In this document: positions 11,686 to 23,729 of the stretch, piece after piece
Layout: each line of letters starts with the position of its first letter
Numbering within the stretch: position 1 is the first letter of the stretch
NCBI GenBank assembly: GCA_003990765.1
Contig: RBNJ01000223.1
Span: 1 to 36,330, forward strand
Reading direction: 5' to 3'
DNA length: 36,330 nucleotides
Origin: Jimgerdemannia flammicorona
Taxonomy: Eukaryota
The notes under the pieces: generated by a model
The model's database searches: none
Told to the model about the DNA's origin: nothing
The model's input: only the letters and a program-made list of their open reading frames with translations
Program-made: the position numbers and the translations under genes

Positions 11686-13693
11686 TGTAAGAGGGTTGCT
11701 TTTTAGAGTAACTGTTACATAGTTCTGGAAGAGTTTTCTGGAAGTTCTAGATATTCTGGAAGACTGTTTTCTTATGGTCAAGATCAATTTCATATGGAGT
11801 ACATCCTCTACACTTATTGATTTCAAGATCAGATTGACGTCTCAACCTAAGTTCTCTTTTGGACTAGTTCTGGATATTTAGGATTTTCTGTATTTCAGGA
11901 AGTTCAAGAAACTAAGACCAGTTTAGTTGAATTGGTGTATTGCTGCAGACAATACCCAATTAGGAAATTTCGTGACAGGGTTAGGAGTGGGACCTAATGG
12001 GGAGTAGATTTACTTAAGGGTGGTTTGTGGGTTATTTGAATAGATTTATTTGCTATTCATGATATTGCTATACTAGGAGTAGTTGTGTGAAGAGATATTG
12101 TGGGGAAGTATTCAGGAATGTTCTTGTGTGTTTGAGTCTGAGATTCTGAGTTCTGGGGGAGGGGGTATTTATACTAGTGAGGGGCTATCTGGACTATGCT
12201 AGATATGGATGTAGCACTAAGTGCTTTGCTGAGTTGGAATGCAGTCACATAGTACAAGTGTGATCTGACATGTCAAGAGATCATCTGACTGCTGAGTCAG
12301 TTCACAGTCACATCGTATAAAGCTAATCTAACTATACTATGACTGCTAGGCTATTTATGGGTTTAGGTGCTGTCTGGATAGTCCTCAATGACATCACCAT
12401 TGATGACATCATCTCTGATGAAGTAGTCATCTAGAAAGAGTGGTTCGCAGATTACTTCTTCTTGTTCACTGAGGTAATAATACATTGGAACTTCGTCTCC
12501 ATCCCACAAGATGGTGTCATCTGTCTCATATGCTGGATAAGGTGTTGGTGGGTGAAGGAGGGGTACATCATCTTCACTTTCATCGGATTCGCTGTCTGCA
12601 TACCTTCTGTAGGTTACAGCACTATGAGTTGCGGGGTTATAGTAAGCTGGTGGCTGTGGTTCATGTTGCTCGTACTCAGGTGGTAGAGTGGTTGGTTCAA
12701 TCTTGAGGGTTGTCTGGAGGTACAGGTTATGTTCTCCAGTCTCTTCATTGTAGTTGAAGTAATTGGGAGTGTTATGAATTGTTATAAGTTCATCGGCAAG
12801 ATTGGCGGTGTGATCAGGGTTGGCAGAGATCCTTGGCTAGAGGTCATGTCGACATCAGAGAGATCATTGTCTTCTGCTTCATCTTCATCGAAGTAGATTA
12901 TATTATAGATGTTCTTCATGGTATATCCAACTTGGGGCATTTGCAGGATATGATCATTGGGGTGTGGGAAGGTTCTGTCTGTGGTTTCGACATACTCAAG
13001 GTACTTGTGGTTGAGTTCTTGTATCATGTCATCGATTTGGCCATAGGACAGGGTAGCAATCATTTCGCTGGTAGTGACTCAGAGGTAGGGAATAATGGTA
13101 CTGTACTCATAGAAGAGTTCTCGATATTTGCGGGTGATGAGCTTCTGGTGTTGAGACATCTGGGTAATATCTGTATCATGGTGGTGTTCGACCATGTCTT
13201 CCAGGAGGCAGCTGATCTGGTAGTAGCTTGAGATTTGTCTGATTCAGTAGGCCTTGCTAAGTATGTTCAGAGTATTCTATCAGGCTTCCATGAAGTAGAG
13301 GGGTGCTAGGCTATGGATATTCATAAGGGGCAGAGGGGGTGTGGCTCGGTTGACAATGGTATTTCAAATATCAGCACGAATATAGGTATAGATCTCAGTG
13401 GTCATGTTTGTATGTTTGGAAGTTGTAGTTGTTATTTGTTTTGGTTCTCTGATTTGACGTATCTCGGTGCTCAGTATATATGCATTTGGTCCTGATTGGT
13501 AAGATTCTGTTTGTGTAGATCTTGTATTCTGTGACTTTATATTGACTCAGCTTTGTGTGCTGTAACTTTGGTTTGACTCAGCTTCATGATCAAGCAGGTG
13601 ATTTCCAGATTTGTTCAGATGTCATATGTGATTTCAGTGGCTTGTTCAGAGGGTGATGTGTAATTTCGGTAGCTTGGAGGTTGTGCACTTACA
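11686..13693 (-). repeat. 3' LTR of element A (2008 bp)
   Basis: Direct repeat of 19999-22061 with a 55-bp deletion near 12770; TG...CA termini. Confidence 0.95.
12363..13405 (-). pseudogene. LTR-encoded accessory ORF of element A, 3' LTR copy, frameshifted by the 55-bp deletion
   Basis: Homologous to 20676-21773; includes track ORF 12782-13063. Confidence 0.7.
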
Positions 13694-13710
13694 ACACTCC
13701 CCTTCTTAGC
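13694..13710 (-). promoter_or_regulatory. Polypurine tract of element A
   Basis: GCTAAGAAGGGGAGTGT immediately before the 3' LTR on the minus strand. Confidence 0.85.
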
Positions 13711-13905
13711 TTTCGACATCCTCATTGGGGCCTTCTAATTTTGTTCAGTGATACAGGGAGAATAGGCTTACTTTCAGTTTTGCCCTTTTTCCAGAGAGTC
13801 AGTATTCTTGTCTTGTTTTACTGAGTTCTTGGTTTGGTTTGCAATAATTATAATGTTCAGGAGGATAATATATAGTATGTATAGATAGGTGTGGAATATT
13901 TGATT

Positions 13906-16900
13906 CTAGTTATTCAAGGAATCATATTCCTAAACTAGGTCAGTAGCATTCTAGAGATTGGTCTTGAGTTCCCAGGTTGCATCATAGATTGGGTAACCTT
14001 TCTATTTGACAAGGTACTCAGGATGGTTCTTGTTGCCACGTTTGTTGAGGATTTGTTCAACTTCATACTCTTCTTGGTCATTAATAATGACAGGTGCAGG
14101 TGGTTTGGTGGTCCGGTTTGGAAATAGCTCATCATCATTCTCATTATATTGCTTGAGACGTTGGATATAAAAGACTGGGTAAATCTTAATGGTGTCTGGT
14201 AGTACCAGTTTGTAGGAGGTAGGAGAGACTTGTGTAATGACTTCAAATGGTCCAATGAACTTGCTGTTCAGCTTTGTAGATGGTCTGTGCTTGAGGTTGT
14301 CAACTTGATATCCTCTGATGTCTAGTAGAACTTTTTCTCCAATATCAAAGGTTTCTTCTTGGCGGTATTGATTAACATACTGTGACTGTTGTTCTTGAGC
14401 TCGTGATAAATTCTCAATGGCAATCTGGCTTAGATTGTGCATTTGGAGTAAGAATTCTTCAATAGCTTCGACTGTGGAGGGTTCCTCAGTGGTTCAGATA
14501 AGTGTCAAAGGGGTGTTTGGGTTTTGTCCAGTGTTGGCGAAGAATGGGGCCATTCCAAGAGAGGCTTGCTTGCTATTGTTATAGACAAACTCAACTATGG
14601 TGAGGTGTTCATACCAGTCATCTTATCTGTAGGAAATATAGTTCCTTAGCATTTATTCCAGAGTTCAGTTCATTCTTTCAGTTTGGCCATCGGTTTCAGG
14701 GTGAAAGGCTGTGGATAGTGCAAGTTTCATTCTAAGGTATACATGAAGGGCTTTCCAAAAATGGCTGGTGAATTTCAGATCTCAGTCACTAACAATAATC
14801 TTGGGAAGACCATGATAGCGGAAGATGTTGTCAAACAAGAGTGTGGCTATATCTGATGCTGTTGCAGTAGTGGTAGTAGGCACAAAGTGGGCTTGTTTGC
14901 TGAGATAGTTCACAAAGACAACAATTGCATCTTTCCCATTCTTGGTTTGGGATAGTTGTACAATGAAGTCTATAGAGATTTGTTCCCAATTCGTAGATAG
15001 TACTGGGATAGAGTGAAGTAAGCCAGGTTTTGCTAGTGTTGAGGACTTGTTTTGTTGGCAAGTATCACAGGAAGTGATATAGGTCTTGAGCTGATCTGCC
15101 ATGCGGGGCCAATAGAAGTTTCGGGAGATAACTTCATAACATTTATCAAATCCTAAATATCCAGCTGTAGGGGCATCATGACATTCGAATAGGATAGTCC
15201 TTCAGAGGTCTCAGTTGTTTGGGACATACAGTCTGTCCTTATAGTAGATAGCATTATCCTTCAGTTGGTATTGATGATACTGTGTATACTTATCTGCATT
15301 GTCACTATTCAGGATTTCTTGCAGTGCTTGAGCTTCCTTATCATTGACACATGCTGTGATAATTTGTTCCATGATGGAGTTTGTAACCAAGGTGAGAGTT
15401 TGGATAACCTCTTCGATTGGTGGTCTAGACATTGTATCAGCAACAATATTTTCCTTACCAGGGTGGTACTGGATTTTATAGTCAAAGTTGGTGAGGACTT
15501 TCATCTATCTGGCTTGCTTTCGAGAAAGAGTAGCCTGTGTCTTGATGTTGACTAATGACTTGTGGTCGGTCAATACAGTAAAGTGTACTCCTTCTAGGTA
15601 GGGTTGCCATTTAATCAGAGTGTCCACAATGGCTAGCATCTCCTTCTCGTGAGTTACATAGTTGATTTCAGCATCATTGAACTTATGGGAGTGATAGGCC
15701 ACAGGGTGTCCTTCTTGCATGAGTACTGCTCCAAGGGCTAGGTCAGAGGCATCAGTGGTAACTTTATATGGCAGTGTAGGGTTTGCCACTTGAAGTACTG
15801 GAGTGGTTATCAGGGCATCCTTTAGTGCTTGAAAGGTGGTATCTTACTCAGGTCCCCAAGTTACAAGATTGTTGAAGTCTTTTTCTTATTTTATGGTTCA
15901 GGGTTGTTCTTATTTCTTGTTATGCTTGGTCATTTGAGTGAGAGTGGTAGCAATTTTAGCAAAGTTGGCAACAAATCACCTGTAATAGTTTGCTAATCCC
16001 AGGAATGACTGCAGGTCTTTCAGCTTCTTGGGTCTGGGCCAATTATTGATTGCAGAAATTTTGCTGGGGTCTACTTTGATTCCATTTGGAGTAACAATGT
16101 GTCTAAGGAATTGAATTTCTTTCAGGAGAAATTCACACTTGCTGAGTTTTGCAAAGAGTCGGTTTTCTCAGAGTTTCAGTAGTACTAGTTCAAGGTGTTC
16201 AAGATGTTCCTCCAGGGTTTTGCTGAAGACTAGGATGTTATCAATGTAGACAACAATGAATTTGTCTAGGTATGGATGCAGAATGGTATTCATCAGTATC
16301 TGGAAGGTTGCTGGAGCATTAGTTAAGCCAAAGAGCATAACTAGGAACTCAAAGTGTCCATAGCGAGTTCGGAAGACTGTCTTGTAGATGTCTTCTTTCA
16401 TGGCAATTTGCTAGTAACCATTTTGCAGATCAAAGGAGCTCATGAATTATGGGTTAGTAAGTCTATCGAATATTTCATCGATCCTTAGTAGTGGGCAATA
16501 GTTCTTGATGGTCTGTTCATTGAGATCATGGTAGTCAATACACATTCACAGGTCTCCTCCTTTCTTGACAACAAAGAGGACTGGTGCACCATAAGGTAAT
16601 ATGCTGGGTCTGATGAATCCTTGTTCTAGGAGTTCATCAATTTCCTTCTTGAGTATATTAATTTCTCTCAGAGACATGTGGTAGATTGACTTGAAGGCTG
16701 GTTTGGCATCTGGGATAGTCTTGATAGCATGGTCTACTACTCATTTGAGAGGTAGGCCTTTTGGGAGCTTCTTTAGAAATATGTCCTGGAATTTCTGGAG
16801 TAGTGGTCTGACATGGCTGTCAACTTTGGAAAAATCTTCTTCAGAGTTCTCAGGTTCTCCTTTGGATGGACAGATGGAGATGGCGAAGAGAGTGCATTTC

Positions 16901-19900
16901 TTGGCCAATTTCTTAAGTTGTAGCTTGTTGATATGGGTAATCTTTGGTCCAGGATCACTCGAACTGAGTGGGTCCTTTTCACCTTATAGTTTGAAGTTGT
17001 GGCGTACTTTCTTGATGGTCAGAGAATGGTTTACCCAATCAATCATAGGGTTCTCTTATTTCAACCATGGGGTTCCAAGGATAATTTCGTTGTCAGGGAG
17101 TGGTATGATCTGAAGGGTAACATATACTCAGTAGTTGCCAATTTGGAAGGGTAGATTGCGGACTTCTTTGCTAATAACATGTGAGGTTCCATCAGTTGTA
17201 GCAACTGCTTGAGTTTGCTATACTGGAGAGGTGAAGACCTTAAGTTTGTTGGCTGTCTCTTCACTGATAAAGTTACCCGAGGCACCACTGTCTATCATGA
17301 TCTTGACAGGTGCTTGATTGACAAAAGCCTTAAGTGTAAGCAGTTTGTCTGATCCAATGGTGGTGATTTCAGTTGTTTGAGCTTTCCTTCTATTGGTTCT
17401 TCTTTGAGCCAGTTCATTGACACAAGAGAAGCAATCATCAATCATTCGGGAAGAGTATATTCCAATGCCATAGAGACATCGGCCACTTGGTACATATCCA
17501 TCTTTAATTTTCTTGTAGAATTGTTCTTCTTTACCATGGTAGGTTGGGCTGGGGCCTTGTTTGATGAGCCAAATCCTTTGGATTCTCTGATGGTGGGCAA
17601 TAGTTCAGGGACTTTCTTGACTGTCAGGGTTGACTCAATTTTTTCGAATAGGATCTGGGTGATGCAGAAATCAATAGGGATCTTGAAGAGTATCCAACTG
17701 TGGTTTCTGATGAGGACAATAATTTCGCCTGTATAATCCTTGTCAATGACTCCTCCTTCTACTGGGAGTCCTTTTAATGCTAGGCTGCTACGATAGCATA
17801 TTCTTCCAATATGTCCTTTGGGGATTTGGATGCTGATTCCTGTGTAGACTTGTTTGACTTCTCAGTTGGAAACTGTAGCTTCTTTGGCTGCATACAGGTC
17901 ATATCCAGCTGCTTTCTGACTTCCTTTGGTTGGGGCCTTAGCAGTTTGTCTTAACTTGATAAAGTCTAGTGTTCTGGTGGTCAGGTTGTTGAGGTGGTGA
18001 AGAGTGGTAACAGTTGCTCTTGTTGCTGTTCAGGGTTTTTGGTTAGGGCAGACACTGGCCATGTGTCCTGTCTTTCAGCAATAGAAGCATGCTCCGCTTC
18101 TTCGAAGTTCATTCCTTTTACCTTCAGTAAGTTTCTTGAAGGTACTTGGCTGAGTGGGTTCATGATTTCTGGGTGTCCAGGAGGTGGATGTAGAGGGAGC
18201 TCGAGATGCTTCATGCTTAGGTTCTTCTTTCTTGGTCCAAGTCTTTTCCTTATTATTGAATTGTCTTCGAGGCAGAATTGGTCTGGCTGTTAGGATTCAC
18301 TTGACCATGGTCTTGATTCTTGCCAGGCACCATTGTTAGTGATCACAACCAGCTGGGCAGCCTTGTTCTCGGATTTTTCTAGTGAGCTATTCAGGTAAGG
18401 CATTGAATAAATGGTCTGCTCTTGTATCATTTTGTACTTCATCATTGGTGATATATCCTAGGCCAACAGTGTTCAGGAGTGACTTGAGTTTTGTACAGAA
18501 GGTTTCGAATTCTTCTTTGCCATATACATCGAATTTGAGGTTGTGGAGTTTTACTCGAGATTCAGCAATCATGGTTTCACTACGATATTGAGCAATCATG
18601 AGTTGTTTGAGTCCAGGGGCTGCAGGATGGGCTCCATATCCTAAGGCATTGTTTGCTACATTCTGAGCAACTACTGCAGGTTGGGTATCCCATGTGAGGA
18701 GTTTTTTAGGAAGAGTTTGCCACCATTCTTCAGCAGGTCTTCAGAAGAATATAACAACTTGGCAGACATAGGCTGTAGTGGTAGCAAAGAGTTGTTCCAG
18801 AGTGTGGTCTTGATTGTTTGTCAGAACGCAGTCAGCAACTCACTCATTGGTCCATTGATTGGCTTTGAAGTTGGTGTCAACTACACTAATGAAGCTTTGG
18901 ACTTCTTGTGCAGTACCATTAAAGGTAGGTAGGCTCAGATTTTTGGTAGGTTGGGTCTGTTCAGCTAAGGCAGTAATGGTTGCTACCATTATGGCTATCT
19001 GGGCTGTGAGGTCAAGAATCTGTTGGTTCGCCATATTGTTTACTGGAGGTGGTTGGGCCACTGGTAGTGGTGTTACTGGTACTACTTGAGGTACTGGTGC
19101 AGAGTGTGATGGGGTTCTTTAAGTCTGGGTAAGTTATTGAAGTAGTAGTTGTGGATCTGGAGTAAGGGCTTGATAGATAGCTGTTTGTTGTTGTATAGGT
19201 GTATTCTGTTCTGATGGGAGTGTGTCTCCTTTGGTGGTATATCTGGGATTGAATTCAGTGAGATACTCCTCCTCCTCTTCTTCGGTTTGGTCCCCATGTA
19301 ATTGAGTTTGCTTGGTGTTGAAGTAGATAGAATCAGTTGTATATCTGATTTCAGAGGGACTTAATTCAAGGTCAAGTTTAGGTTCGGTGTTGGTTTCGGA
19401 TTCAGGTAGGGCTGTAGCAGAGCCTGCTTCAGGTTCAGGGTCAGGTAGTTGATGAAGGGTTTCTCTCACTTCTTCTTTAAGAATATGACAGGCCTTGCTA
19501 TTCTGGAATCAGTAGTATAATACAGTCTTGGTCCTGGTATGATGAAAGTTGGTAGAGTTGAGCCACTTGGCTATAGAGGCTTGGGCTTCATGAGGAACTA
19601 AGGCTAGAAAGACTGCTGCTGGTTGTCCTAGGTTGCTCAGATTTGTGGAGCTGACAAAACTCTTATTGAGAAGAGTAAAGAAGGCTTCAATAAGACCTTC
19701 TTCATCTTGACTTACTGGGTGTAGTGTAAGGAGCTTAGTGAATAGAGTTTCGCCTATTTGCTGATTGAACTGAAGTACTTCTTTCTTTGAATAAAGTTTG
19801 TCCCACTTATTGCAGGTGTGGAGGTCAAATTGTCCTTATATATCAGATTCAATTCTCTCCAGATTATCAGATAGTTTGGGTAAATTCCAGTTCAGAGGTT

Positions 19901-19960
19901 GGGCTTTATACCAACTTGTAGGAATTCTCAGAAGGGTTTGTAGTGGAGTGAGGAAGCATC
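13906..19960 (-). pseudogene. Element A gag-pol polyprotein
   Basis: LPTFNG (gag); [89 protein letters not shown]...EYLVK.KGY...ATWE. Ends are approximate. Confidence 0.92.
17560..17970 (-). pseudogene. dut: Trimeric dUTPase domain in element A
   Basis: AAGYDLY, GRICYRSSL, GGVIDKDYTGEI, ITQILF, RESKGFGSS; in frame with the Gag zinc knuckle. Confidence 0.93.
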
Positions 19961-19980
19961 TTGAAGCAGAATTGGATTGT

Positions 19981-19995
19981 AACCCGCTGCTACCA
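19981..19995 (-). promoter_or_regulatory. Primer-binding site of element A, probably for initiator tRNA-Met
   Basis: TGGTAGCAGCGGGTT lies 3 nt after the 5' LTR; TGGTAGC complements the 3' end of eukaryotic tRNA-iMet. Confidence 0.8.
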
Positions 19996-19998
19996 AGT

Positions 19999-22061
19999 TG
20001 TAAGAGGGTTGCTTTTTAGGGTAACTATTATGTAGTTCTGGAAGGGTTTTCTGGAAGTTCTAGATATTCTGGAAGACCATTTTCTTATGGTCAAGATCAA
20101 TTTCATATGGAGTATGTCCTCTACACTTGTTGATTTCAAGATCAGGTTGACATCTTAACCTAAGTCCTCTTTTGGACTAGTTCTAGATGTTCAGGATTTT
20201 CCGTATTTCAGGAAGTTCGAGAAACTAAGACCAGCTTAGTTGAATCAGTGTATTGCTGCAGACAATACCCAATTAGGAAATTTCGTGATGGAGTTAGGAG
20301 TGGGACCTAATGGGGAGTGGATTTACTTAAGGGTAGTTTGTGGGTTATTTGAATAGATTTATTCGCTATTCATGATATTGCTATACTAGGAGTAGTTGTA
20401 TAAAGAGATATTGTGGAGAAGTATTCAGGAATGTTCTTATGTGTTTGAGTCTGAGATTCTGAGTTCTGGGGGAGGGGGTATTTATACTAATAAGGGGCTA
20501 TCTGGACTATATTAGATATGGATGTAGCACTAAGTGCTTTGCTGAGTCAGAATGCAGTCACATAGTACAAGTATGATCTGACATGTCAAGAGATTGTCTG
20601 ACTGCTGAGTCAGTTCACAGTCACGTTATACAAAGCTAATCTAACTATACTATGACTGCTAGGCTATTTATGAGTTTAGGTGCTGTCTGGATAGTCCTCG
20701 ATGACATCACCATCAATGACATCATCTCTGATGAAGTAGTCATCTAGGAAGAGTGGTTTGTGGATTACTTCTCCTTGTTTGCTAAGGTAATAATATATTG
20801 GAACTTCATCTCCATCCCACAAGATGGCGTCATCTGTCTCATATGCTGGGTAAGGTGTTGGTGGGTGAAGGAGGGATGCATCATCTTCACTTTCATCAGA
20901 TTCACTGTCTGCATACCTTCTGTAGGTTACAGTACTATGAGTCACAGAGTTATAGTAAGCTGGTGGCTGTGGTTCATATCACTCGTACTCAGGTAGTAGA
21001 GTGGTTGGTTCAATCTCGAGGGTTGTCTAGAGATATAGGTTGTATTCTCCAGTCTCTTCATTGTAGTTGAAGTAATCAGAGGTGAATGCAGGTTGGTATT
21101 CATGCCAGTGGTCATTGTCCCAATAAGTCTCGTATGCTATTATAAATTGTTATAAGTTCATCAGCAAGGTTGGCGGTATGATCAGGGTTGGCAGAGATCC
21201 TTGGCTAGAGGTCATGTCAGCATCAGAGGGATCATTTTCTTCTGCTTTATCTTCATCGAAGTGGATTATATTGTAGATGTCCTTCATGGTATATCCAACT
21301 TGGGGCATTTGCAGGATATGATCATTGGGGTATGGGAAGGTTCTGTCTGTAGTTTCGACATACTTGAGGTACTTGTGGTTGAGTTCTTATATTATATCAT
21401 CGATTTGGCTATAGGACAGGGTAGCAACCATTTTGCTGGTAGTGACTCAGAGGCGGGGAATAATGGTACTGTACTTGTAGAAGAGTTCTCAATGTTTGTG
21501 GGTGATGAGCTTCTGGTGTTGAGATATCTGGGTAATGTCTGTATCATGGTGGTGTTCGACCATATCTTCCAGGAGGTGGCCGATCTGGTAGTAGCTTGAG
21601 ATTTGTCCAATTCAGTGGGCCTCACTAAGTATGTTCAGAGTATTCCATTGGGCTTCCACAAAGTAGAGGGGTGCTAGGCTATGGATATTCATAAGGGGCA
21701 GAGGGGGTGTGGCTCGGTTGACAATGACATTCCAAATGTCAGTGCGGATATGGGTATAGATCTCAGTAGTCATATTTGTGTGTTTGGAAGTTGTAGTTAT
21801 TGTTTGTTTTGGTTCTCTGATTCGACGTGTCTCGGTGCTCAGTATATATGCATTTGGTCCTGATTGGTAAGATTCCATTTGTATAGATCTTGTGTTCTGT
21901 GACTTCGTATTGACTCAGCTTTGTGTGCTGTGACTTTGGTTTGACTCAGCTTCGTGATCAAGCAGGTGATTTCCAGATTTGTTCAGATGTCGTGTGTGAT
22001 TTCAGTGGCTTGTTCAGAGGGTGATATGTAATTTCGGTGGCTTGGAGGTTGTGTGCTTATA
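19999..22061 (-). repeat. 5' LTR of element A (2063 bp)
   Basis: Direct repeat of 11686-13693; terminal CA mutated to TA; followed by GGCCA. Confidence 0.95.
20676..21773 (-). pseudogene. LTR-encoded accessory ORF of element A, ~365 codons, unknown function
   Basis: Track ORFs 21612-21878 and 20676-20945 share a frame. At least one internal TGA is CGA in the other LTR, and the other stops fit C>T changes. The ATG at 21773 follows a TATATA motif and an A/C-rich leader. Confidence 0.75.
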
Positions 22062-22909
22062 GGCCAAGTGGTGGCAGTTGGTGAGGATGAGCAAGGTGAT
22101 GGATAACCTTGCGGCAGAGACATTGGGGGAAGTGGACCTATGTATAATATCTGAGAAGTATTGAGTGTGGGTTCTATGTAGAGATAGAGTGATGGAGGTA
22201 CTGAAGGTGGAGATTCTTGCAATCTTCCTAGAGGAAGAGGGATATGAGGTTGATGAGGTTAGAAAGGTGGAGCTGGGGGTTATCGCTAGTGAGCAGGCTG
22301 TCTACTATTGGGCAGAGCATCATGGTTTGCAGCTCTGGTAGGAGGCCTGTCTGGAGTATCATGAGGACTTTGAGAAGAGAGAAGATGGGGTGATGGTGGA
22401 ACTTCTGGGAGGGTTGGAGGCATGGGAGGCTGGTGAAAGAGAGCTAGATGCTGAACATGACTTGAACTTGGTACAGGAGGAGCCAAATGTGAACTTGTAG
22501 AGGATGGGATCACTATATAACATTTTTCTTATGAGCAGTACAACCAATATTTTCTCTTTGAATATAAATAGATTAAGGGGAGCAGGGCAGCATAAGAACA
22601 TTTTTACTTGGCTCAAGGGATTGGAGGCTGATCTCTTTTTACTACAGGATGTATAGTGTAAGGATGAGGACAATTGGGTAGAGTGGACTAGGGAATGGAG
22701 TGGGGCTACTGCTTGGTTTAGAAAAGTGGTAATTCTAGTGAGGAAGGGCAGAGGAGATTTGGAGGGAATCAGGAGCTGGGGGGATCGATTGGCCTGGGGA
22801 GATTGGCATCAGCCAGGGTGGGAGTTAGTGAGAGTTGGCTCTTGCTACTGTCCAGTAGTTAAGGGCGAGAGGACTGTATGAATTAAGGAGCTGCTGAAGG
22901 AGGGTGTTC
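22062..22909 (+). mobile_element. LINE-b continuation (ORF1 end and ORF2 endonuclease start), cut by element B
   Basis: Resumes colinearly with LINE-a at ~3175; ORF1 stop at 22500; MSSTTNIFSLNI starts at 22531; LEADLFLLQD; VGSCYCP. Confidence 0.9.
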
Positions 22910-23716
22910 TGTAATAACTCTCACTTCTACCCCTCTCTTATCCTTAGAATAATTAGGGAAGTAGACTATTACTTAGAGACTTAGTATACAATATATACCA
23001 AGAAGCCTTCAGTTTGAGGAAGCACTTGCTTATAAGTAAGTATAGTGGCAGTGCCTTATCTTTCAAAGGTCTTTCTTAGATTTGCCTTCTATTTCAAAGG
23101 TCTTTCTCTTATGCCCTATTTCGAGGGTCTTGTTCTTTGCTATACACAGACTGAATTCGTCTTGGAATTCAGGTTCAATGGGTTTACTTAAGTCTTTGGG
23201 GATTTATATACTGGTCTCAGTTCTGGCAGAAGTTAGCTAGACTTCTGGAGTTTAGTCAGAAACACTAGAGTCACTTAGATGTCATTACTAAGACTCAGGG
23301 GAATGTGTGTGTGTGGGGGAGACTTGATTCTTATATCAAGGACTGAACTAAAACTACTTTATTTCGGATGGAAACTGGGGGGTATTTATACAAGTTGGTC
23401 CATGATTTCTGACTAAGTATGAGTGACTAATTTGGTAACTATAATGAGGTTTGTGATCATGACCTTTGTTAGGTGATTTTTGGTAAAGAATATCTTTGTG
23501 ATCAGGACCTCAATTACTAGGCAATGATCAGCAGCTATGGCAACTGTTGCTGCAGTGCCAGTTGTCAGGGATAAGCTGGATATCATTTTCCACGTCATTT
23601 CACATTGTTTATTCATTATTCATATGCCGCACTCGATCGTATGATGATATCATCGCCAGGTCATGTGATCATTTGTCTCATCGCATCCTATCTGTTTGCT
23701 CATTCATTCTATTACA
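22910..23716 (-). repeat. 3' LTR of element B
   Basis: Direct repeat of 31266-32079. Confidence 0.95.
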
Positions 23717-23729
23717 TCCTTCCCCCCTT
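23717..23729 (-). promoter_or_regulatory. Polypurine tract of element B
   Basis: AAGGGGGGAAGGA abuts the LTR. Confidence 0.9.

Larger units (their letters stand above)
11686..22061 (-). mobile_element. Complete Ty3/Gypsy chromodomain LTR retrotransposon A with dUTPase and ~2-kb LTRs
   Basis: Paired LTRs TGTAAG...CTTACA/TA; TSD GGCCA (11681-11685, 22062-22066); PBS; PPT; domain order Gag-dUT-PR-RT-RH-IN-chromo. Confidence 0.95.

Noticed and set aside
12833..13231. Hydrophobic 132-aa plus-strand ORF open in both LTRs (also 21201-21599), possibly env-like or a membrane protein
   Set aside because: It has a non-ATG start and is antisense to the A/C-rich accessory ORF. Its presence twice only reflects LTR duplication, and cross-family homology is on the minus strand.
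17500..17570. Programmed frameshift between dUTPase and protease in A
   Set aside because: The same junction is in frame in B and C, so decay is more likely; one copy cannot show otherwise.
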